Below, piece by piece: positions 57,905-64,000 of a stretch of 64,000 bases of DNA (within the stretch, counting starts at the first letter, position 1; the number at the start of each line of letters is the position of its first letter). A model generated the notes under the pieces. The model was not told the origin of the DNA, made no database searches, and was given only the letters and a program-made list of their open reading frames with translations. A program made the position numbers and the translations under genes. The stretch spans positions 16,292-80,291 of the forward strand of contig CAZYSM010000003.1 in the NCBI GenBank assembly GCA_964649975.1, written 5' to 3'. Source of the DNA: an uncultured Bacteroidales bacterium (GTDB lineage Bacteria; Bacteroidota; Bacteroidia; Bacteroidales; S143-33).

Positions 57905-58595
57905 CAGTAATTTTATTAAGATCCTGCCTGTAAACTGAAGTATCCTGTATCAGTTCAGGAGAAGAATATTTCTGTTGGAGCTGTTCCAATGCCTGCATAG
58001 CAGCTATTTTTTGCTTGACATCTGCTTCAATGGTGTCATAGGAATAAGTCCTTGAAATTATTTCTTTTTGTCCCTCCATATCGCCTTGCATAGCAGCCAG
58101 ACGTTCTGCATGCCTATCCAGACGATTTTCCAACTGCTGCTTTGTTTTGGCCTGACGTAGATCTTTGAGCAAGTCGGAATATTTCTGTTCCACTTTTTCA
58201 GCTGCCTGTCTCTCCTGCAATTTTAGTTCCATCTGGGCTTTATATCCACTTATAAGATTATCCAGCTTTTCCAGCGTATTACTATCCTTGTTCTGTCCAT
58301 AACTGTCCCGTATCTGTTCATACTTATCAATAAGAACATCAGCCGGAATATCCGTAACTTCCACAAATACTTCCGAAATTGCTTGATTTGCCCACATCCT
58401 TAACTTACGAATATCTGAATCGGCTTTAAACTTAACCCTGCGGGCCGCAGAGATTGCATCCCTTAACCTGGCTTCCAGATCATTAGTCTTTCCTCCACTT
58501 TTTTTAGAAGCCCTGATAAGAGCCACTGCAAAAATTACTGCCAAAACGATACCTAATAACAAGATTGTAAAAATAAAATTCATAAGCAATACCAT
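57888..58595 (-). CDS. Membrane-anchored coiled-coil protein, hypothetical
   Basis: N-terminal TM helix (FIFTILLLGIVLAVIFAVALI; alternative start at 58583), then about 190 aa of heptad-rich K/E/Q/L sequence. Confidence 0.6.
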   Translation of the reverse strand: MVLLMNFIFTILLLGIVLAVIFAVALIRASKKSGGKTNDLEARLRDAISAARRVKFKADSDIRKLRMWANQAISEVFVEVTDIPADVLIDKYEQIRDSYGQNKDSNTLEKLDNLISGYKAQMELKLQERQAAEKVEQKYSDLLKDLRQAKTKQQLENRLDRHAERLAAMQGDMEGQKEIISRTYSYDTIEADVKQKIAAMQALEQLQQKYSSPELIQDTSVYRQDLNKITAMLDD

Positions 58596-58709
58596 TATAA
58601 AAGATTTGAAAACTACAATAAAAATAACAAATCATACATAATTATGCATAAGCTTTTTGTTCAAATATTTTATTTTCGTATTTTAAGAAAGAAAAAGCAA
58701 ATAAAGTAA

Positions 58710-59354
58710 GTGATAAAAATTTTTTTCAAAATACTGATAATCTGGGCTGTCCTTCCTTTTATGCAACAAGGAAGCCTTCTGAATAATTCATTTGAATTCC
58801 AAGATGGTATTTATCTGGATTTCAAACAAGTAAGGACAAACAGCCCAATAAAACGCAGTCAGATAATAACACAGCTGGACAAGACAGACTTTGATTTTTA
58901 TGAAAAACTACTAAAACAAGAATATATCACGTTTACAGATTCTACCGGAAGCCATAGAATTGAAAGTGATAAGATATGGGGTTTTTCTGACCAGGGCACA
59001 TTGTTCATAAATTGGCGCGGAGATTATGCAAAAATTTTGACAAAAGGTTTTCTGGGATATTTTGTAGCCACCGAGAAGGTAACTTATTACCAAACTCCTA
59101 CATCAGTTGTCTATTATGACACTTATCCAGGCTATCCGCAAACCACACATGAAATGCGCCAGTATATAATTAATTTTGCTACAGGAGAAATTTTAGATTT
59201 TTCTCCCAAATCTTTACTTTTAATCCTTGAAAAATATGACCCGGATCTTTATAAAGAATATCAGAAATTAAGCAGGAGAAAAAGGAAAAAAGAATTATTT
59301 TTATACCTGAGAAAATTCAATGAAAAGCATAAAATTATTATTCCTCAAAGATAA
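58710..59354 (+). CDS. Hypothetical secreted protein
   Basis: GTG start in the track, hydrophobic N-terminus, basic C-terminal tail (SRRKRKKE). No known motif. Confidence 0.5.
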   Translation: MIKIFFKILIIWAVLPFMQQGSLLNNSFEFQDGIYLDFKQVRTNSPIKRSQIITQLDKTDFDFYEKLLKQEYITFTDSTGSHRIESDKIWGFSDQGTLFINWRGDYAKILTKGFLGYFVATEKVTYYQTPTSVVYYDTYPGYPQTTHEMRQYIINFATGEILDFSPKSLLLILEKYDPDLYKEYQKLSRRKRKKELFLYLRKFNEKHKIIIPQR

Positions 59355-59364
59355 ATTTATTGCT

Positions 59365-60225
59365 ATGAAAAAATATTTTTTAGTAATTGCAAGTTTGCTA
59401 CTTGTGCTTATAGCCAGATCACAAATTGAAATTGGCGATACCACTGATTTTAAGGAATTTTTTTCAACTACAACTTACTTTGTAAAAGACGCCAACCTAT
59501 TCAGCGATTTCAATTATTACATAAAAGATGCAGCCAAACAAGCGTGGACTATAACCCCTTATAAAATAATAACTTACGAGGAATATAAAAAAATGCCTCT
59601 TACAAAGGGCAAATCATTTGTGATGACAACAACTGTATTTCCTGAAAAAAATCCTCAGCTCAAATACGACTTTCTAACAGTTTTAATGGGAGGGGAGGGT
59701 TCCAAACTTGGTTCAAAAGGCGGAAGTATGCCTGTTCTGGCCGCCATTCCCCTGTCTTTCCATGGAGATGATGAAAATTACTATGACTACAAGCTGGTGC
59801 CATTCCTGTACTTCTTACAAAAACATATTAAAATTGCTTCGCAAAATCCAGAATATACCCAACGGGATTACCTGAGACTCTACAATAAAAATGCAAGGAA
59901 GCTAAAAAATAAAACCCTGGTACTCAGTCAGGATCAGATACCTGATAATTTTGACGTAACAAAATATTATCACGGAAGGGTAAAAATCATGCCTCAGGAA
60001 GAAATTGCCAAACTTATCAAAGCCGGTGACACTACAATAGTCTTTGCTCATATAGTTGCAGCGCCCACTGATGACGAAATTATTCCACAATCATATTGTT
60101 ACAAAATGCTATTTGATGCAAAAGGCACTCTGTATTATTTTGCCTGGCACAAAATGAATAACAGTCAATTAAATGTTTTACTTAAACAAGATTTTATTAA
60201 ATTAGACAAAAAAATCAGAAAGTAA
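59365..60225 (+). CDS. Hypothetical secreted protein
   Basis: Start set to MKKYFLVIASLLLVLIARSQ (the track starts at 59320 inside the upstream gene). No known motif. Confidence 0.6.
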   Translation: MKKYFLVIASLLLVLIARSQIEIGDTTDFKEFFSTTTYFVKDANLFSDFNYYIKDAAKQAWTITPYKIITYEEYKKMPLTKGKSFVMTTTVFPEKNPQLKYDFLTVLMGGEGSKLGSKGGSMPVLAAIPLSFHGDDENYYDYKLVPFLYFLQKHIKIASQNPEYTQRDYLRLYNKNARKLKNKTLVLSQDQIPDNFDVTKYYHGRVKIMPQEEIAKLIKAGDTTIVFAHIVAAPTDDEIIPQSYCYKMLFDAKGTLYYFAWHKMNNSQLNVLLKQDFIKLDKKIRK

Positions 60226-60236
60226 GTTAGTCCAAT

Positions 60237-62600
60237 ATGGCCAGAAGAAAATTTAAAAATAACCTCTATCAAAGGATATTCCTTATTATCAGCTCAGTAT
60301 TATTGATAATAGTCATAACGTCTTTTTTTCTCATTATAAAACCATATTTGATAAGACAAAAATCCATACGTTTATACAATCAATTACTTCCTGAAGATCA
60401 ATATGTTCAGCAAGAGCTTAATAAAAGTATCCTGCTTTCCGAAATCTTAGCTTCAAATCTAAAAACTTTTTACACTCCTAATACGGCTTTATATCTATCT
60501 GACGAATACCTACAATCAGTTGCCAATGATATTCTTAAAGAACACTATTATATTCATGCCATAGGATTTATTATTCAAGCAGATCTGCAATTATCTATTA
60601 CAAACGAGGATTACATTAATGAAAACGGGTATTTCACTGGTATATGGGAGAAAAACTTTAATAATCAAATAGAACATAAAATTTTAAATCTGAAAAAAAC
60701 AGGAAACGAAAATATATTATTAGAAGTCAAAAATTCCAAAACTCCTATCCTTGGCAAACCGTTCCTTTATACATCCCAGGGTATCAATACTATAATGCAG
60801 CCAATAGCTGCGCCTATCTTTGTCGGCAATAAATTTATCGGAACAGTAATTATCTTCTTATCAATGGATTTTATGGATGAAGCATACAAATTCAATATAT
60901 ACACAAAAAAAGACAATAAATTATTGCTATTCAATAAAGACGGTACTATACTTTTCTATCCCTTGAAATTAAATATCGGTTCGCAGCTGGAAACGCTATT
61001 TCCTGGACATTCTATAGAAATTCTGAAAACTATTGCACGAAAAGAAAATCTAACTGGAAAATTTGGAGATTACTTCATAACAGGCTTATATATCAACACG
61101 ATACAAAAGGATCAATATTGGATAATTTCCATCTTTACGCCTTACAATAAATTTATCAGTAGCATATATCTTGTACTGGCCGTATTGATTATAGGTACCT
61201 TACTTATTAGCATTGCTGTTGTAATTAGTCTTTCACTTATATCTGCACCTTTTGAAAACATTTTCACCTCAATGCAAAAGAGTGCTACAAATCTATATAA
61301 AGGCGAATTAGATGAACAGGTAGAAATAATTTCCTCCTTTGAAGAAACTTACCAAATAACACATACACTGGAGCGCTTACGCCTCAGGTTGCTAAGTACC
61401 GTAGAACTACATAACAAATTGGCCGAAAGAATATATACCGACCGCCTGCCTGTTCTTGGTCCTCGTGACCGCCTGGCAAAATCAATAAATAATGCTTTTG
61501 AAAAAATTATCCAGCGCTGGAAGGACAGGATGACCCTGGAAGAAAATAAACGCAAATCAGACTGGATTAACCAGGGTATTGCTGCAATGTACGAAGCTGT
61601 TAGAGTACAGAAAAACTCATACAACATACTGGGAGATCAAGTCCTTGATAGCTTTATAAAACATGCTAACCCAGTAATCGCTGGTTTCTTTATCTATGAC
61701 CAGGATGACAATAAACTGAAAACTGTTGCAGCTTTTGCTTATGAAGAAAAAAGATCTTTTAACAGGGAAATTGAACCTGGTCAGGGATATATAGGCAATG
61801 CTGTACTGGAGAAAAAAATGACTTACATAAAAAAACTCCCGGACGATTATCATATGTATCTTTTAGGACTGGGTGAGACAAAGCCAAAATCCGCTCTTAT
61901 CCTTCCAATAGTATTAAATGAAGAAATACTTGGAGCAATAGAATTGCTATTCCTCAGAGAATTAGAAGATTACGAATTTGAATACTTTGACAAATCAACT
62001 ATTGCCATTGCCCAGGCTATAAAATCAATACAAATAAACCTGAGAACAGAAAAACTCCTTGAACAGAGCCGTCAGCAAGCACAGGAACTGGAAAAAACAA
62101 AAGAATTGCTACAACAGCAGATAGAATCATTAAAACAACGCGAGCAAGAGCTTAAAAAAGCCGAGCAAGAAACAAAAGGCATACTCCAGGCCGTCAATCA
62201 TACTCTATTAACCGTAGAATATAAAACAGACGGAACATTTATCTCTGCTAATGAATTATTCCTGCAAAAAATGGAATATTCCCTGGATGAGCTGGAAGGA
62301 ATTAATGTACTGGAAATTGTACCCGAAGACCAACAGAAAGATCTTAAGCAGATTATAAAGCGGGTTGCCAAAGGAGAACACATTTCAAAAATTGTTAAAC
62401 GACAAACTAAATACGGGGAAATAATATGGTTATATGCTACTTATACTCCATTCTACGACCTTTCGGGCACAATAACAAAAATATTGTTCTTTGCCTTTGA
62501 TATTTCGGACACATACAAACGAATCCAAGAATTGGAAGAAAAAGTCAAATTACTTAACGAAGAAATTGCCGCTCTGGAAAAAGCACTAAACGAACTATAA
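60237..62600 (+). CDS. Membrane sensor protein: TM, Cache-like periplasmic domain, TM, HAMP, GAF, coiled coil, PAS; no enzymatic output domain
   Basis: TM1 IFLIISSVLLIIVITSFFLII, a loop of about 280 aa, TM2 IYLVLAVLIIGTLLISIAVVISLSLI, a HAMP-like segment, a GAF-like segment (..GQGYIGNAVLEKK..ALILPIVLNEEILGAIELL), and a PAS-like segment (AVNHTLLTVEYKTDGTFISANELF..). It ends in a coiled coil. I found no H-box, GGDEF or other catalytic motifs. Confidence 0.75.
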   Translation: MARRKFKNNLYQRIFLIISSVLLIIVITSFFLIIKPYLIRQKSIRLYNQLLPEDQYVQQELNKSILLSEILASNLKTFYTPNTALYLSDEYLQSVANDILKEHYYIHAIGFIIQADLQLSITNEDYINENGYFTGIWEKNFNNQIEHKILNLKKTGNENILLEVKNSKTPILGKPFLYTSQGINTIMQPIAAPIFVGNKFIGTVIIFLSMDFMDEAYKFNIYTKKDNKLLLFNKDGTILFYPLKLNIGSQLETLFPGHSIEILKTIARKENLTGKFGDYFITGLYINTIQKDQYWIISIFTPYNKFISSIYLVLAVLIIGTLLISIAVVISLSLISAPFENIFTSMQKSATNLYKGELDEQVEIISSFEETYQITHTLERLRLRLLSTVELHNKLAERIYTDRLPVLGPRDRLAKSINNAFEKIIQRWKDRMTLEENKRKSDWINQGIAAMYEAVRVQKNSYNILGDQVLDSFIKHANPVIAGFFIYDQDDNKLKTVAAFAYEEKRSFNREIEPGQGYIGNAVLEKKMTYIKKLPDDYHMYLLGLGETKPKSALILPIVLNEEILGAIELLFLRELEDYEFEYFDKSTIAIAQAIKSIQINLRTEKLLEQSRQQAQELEKTKELLQQQIESLKQREQELKKAEQETKGILQAVNHTLLTVEYKTDGTFISANELFLQKMEYSLDELEGINVLEIVPEDQQKDLKQIIKRVAKGEHISKIVKRQTKYGEIIWLYATYTPFYDLSGTITKILFFAFDISDTYKRIQELEEKVKLLNEEIAALEKALNEL

Positions 62601-63019
62601 TGATTGTCTATTGCAGAAACTGTGGACAACCTATAAATATCAACAATACAGGATTGCTAAACAATCCGCGGTTTATATGCCCCAACTGTGGCATGCCTAT
62701 TATGCAGGGCGGTAACTACTGCTACAAATGCGGAAAACCTACTTTCCCTACCGACAGGGTATGCATCAATTGCGGATCCGTTCTAAAACAGACTTTCTCC
62801 GACTGGTTAACTACCCTACTACTGGCAGTATTTTTGGGAACACTCGGAGTGCACCGCTTTTACACCAGAAATTATATAACAGGGCTGCTGCAACTCATCA
62901 CGCTTGGTGGCCTGGGTGTGTGGACACTCATTGACATTATCCGTATACTCACAGGAGATTTCAAAGATGGATACGGTAATCCTATTCCTGCACCATATAA
63001 CAAAACCCAAAAAATATAA
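62600..63019 (+). CDS. Double zinc-ribbon plus TM2-domain membrane protein
   Basis: CRNCG..CPNCG and CYKCG..CINCG ribbons, followed by the TM2 signature LLLAVFLGTLGVHRFY..GLLQLITLGGLGVWTLIDIIRIL. 1-nt overlap with the sensor stop. Confidence 0.8.
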   Translation: MIVYCRNCGQPININNTGLLNNPRFICPNCGMPIMQGGNYCYKCGKPTFPTDRVCINCGSVLKQTFSDWLTTLLLAVFLGTLGVHRFYTRNYITGLLQLITLGGLGVWTLIDIIRILTGDFKDGYGNPIPAPYNKTQKI

Positions 63020-63021
63020 AT

Positions 63022-63579
63022 ATGAACCAAGACGTAAAAAAGCTCTGGGGTGAAGAACTTAACTGGATTAAAAATCAAGATTTACGGGAAAAAGTTGCAA
63101 AAACATGGGAACTGGCACTGGAAAAAAGCGTGCTTTCGGCCGATGATTTGTTTAAAATACCTTTTACACTCAAAGCCCCTACAAATGTCAGCTTCATGGA
63201 TCATAAACGTGCCGTGGTGCACATGTCCAAAGCTGTAGGAGAAAAATATCCGGATTTCTTCGGAGAGGAATTACCTGTGGACATGGACGTACTCATAGCT
63301 GGCGCAATACTGGCAGACGTGGGTAAATTACTGGAATATGAAAAAGACGAAAACGGAAATATCATCCAGGGCGACTACGGAAAATACCTCCGCCATCCTT
63401 TCAGCGGAGTTTCCCTGGCTGAAAAATGCGGAGTACCAGCACCAGTACTGCATATCATTGCAGCCCATGCTGGCGAAGGTGACCATGTAAGCCGTTCCGT
63501 AGAGGCATATATCGTTCATCATGTGGATTTTATGACTTTTCTGCCTTTTAAAAACCGTCTTATTCCTAATAAAAAATAA
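63022..63579 (+). CDS. HD-domain superfamily protein with a variant metal dyad (AD instead of HD)
   Basis: FMDHKRAVVHM.., ..LIAGAILADVGK (codons gca gac where HD proteins have His-Asp), ..LRHPF.G..L, ..IIAAHAGEGDH. Confidence 0.7.
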   Translation: MNQDVKKLWGEELNWIKNQDLREKVAKTWELALEKSVLSADDLFKIPFTLKAPTNVSFMDHKRAVVHMSKAVGEKYPDFFGEELPVDMDVLIAGAILADVGKLLEYEKDENGNIIQGDYGKYLRHPFSGVSLAEKCGVPAPVLHIIAAHAGEGDHVSRSVEAYIVHHVDFMTFLPFKNRLIPNKK

Positions 63580-63584
63580 TCATA

Positions 63585-63618
63585 AAAAGCTGTGCCTCAG
63601 ACAGGCACAGCTTTTTTT
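63585..63618 (+). terminator. Rho-independent terminator
   Basis: aaaaagctgtgcct cagac aggcacagcttttttt: a perfect 9-bp GC-rich stem extended by A/T pairs. Confidence 0.85.
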
Positions 63619-63695
63619 ATTTTTATTAATACCTAAAAAAATGACAGCTTGACAAATTATTCTATTTTAATAGCAAATTAAAAACTCATAAAATT

Positions 63696-64000
63696 ATGGA
63701 ACTGCCATACGCCGAACCATTTAAAATCAAGATGGTAGAACATATCAAGCAATCTACCCGTGAGCAAAGAGAGCAATGGATACGTCAGGCCAAATTTAAT
63801 CTGTTCAACCTACGTAGCGAACAGGTATTCATTGACCTGCTTACCGACTCCGGAACCGGTGCAATGAGCGATCGCCAATGGTCAGAACTCATGCTGGGCG
63901 ACGAAAGCTATGCAGGTGCAAGCTCCTACTACAAACTAAAAAATGCTATAAAAGATATTTTCGGATTTGACTATTTCCTGCCCACGCACCAGGGACGTGC
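63696..64000 (+). CDS. tnaA: Tryptophanase / beta-eliminating lyase family (N-terminal fragment; continues past the window)
   Basis: My translation is [82 protein letters not shown], a typical TnaA/tyrosine phenol-lyase N-terminus. Absent from the track because it has no stop in the window. Confidence 0.85.
   Translation, partial: MELPYAEPFKIKMVEHIKQSTREQREQWIRQAKFNLFNLRSEQVFIDLLTDSGTGAMSDRQWSELMLGDESYAGASSYYKLKNAIKDIFGFDYFLPTHQGR

Overview
AT-rich chromosomal segment that looks like Bacteroidota. Supporting signs are a T9SS type-B (gliding-motility C-terminal) cargo protein with SprB repeats, the rpmB-rpmG-DUF4295 trio, TAnnTTTG -7 promoter boxes, and many SpI/SpII signal peptides ending in ..AQ or ..GC. 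I call about 53 protein-coding genes. Most are housekeeping: ribosomal proteins L28, L33, S16 and L19; rimM, trmD, rsmE, recG, ligA, aroK, htrA, a ttcA-like gene and sbcD. I found no rRNA, tRNA, CRISPR array, integrase, transposase or obvious defence island, so this reads as core genome rather than an accessory region. The most unusual content is a dispersed set of partner-switching (SiaABC-like) signalling parts. It comprises two membrane sensor PP2C/SpoIIE phosphatases (13112-15157, 32289-35630), a single polypeptide fusing two SiaB-like GHKL kinase modules to a SiaC-like DUF1987 domain (48447-49988), and two stand-alone DUF1987 genes (21850-22248, 50725-51093). No diguanylate cyclase output gene is visible in the window. 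Other items worth a second look are listed here.
- A tightly packed uncharacterised operon at 58710-63579: two secreted proteins, an output-less Cache/HAMP/GAF/PAS sensor, a zinc-ribbon/TM2 protein, and an HD protein whose HD dyad reads AD.
- A 1575-aa orphan secreted protein.
- Two GC-rich structured islands in AT-rich intergenic DNA.
- A cluster of 91-bp hairpin-forming intergenic repeats upstream of recG.
- A 60-aa peptide that is little more than a signal peptide plus a PEP-CTERM-style sorting tail.
All domain calls come from motif recognition by eye. No searches were run.
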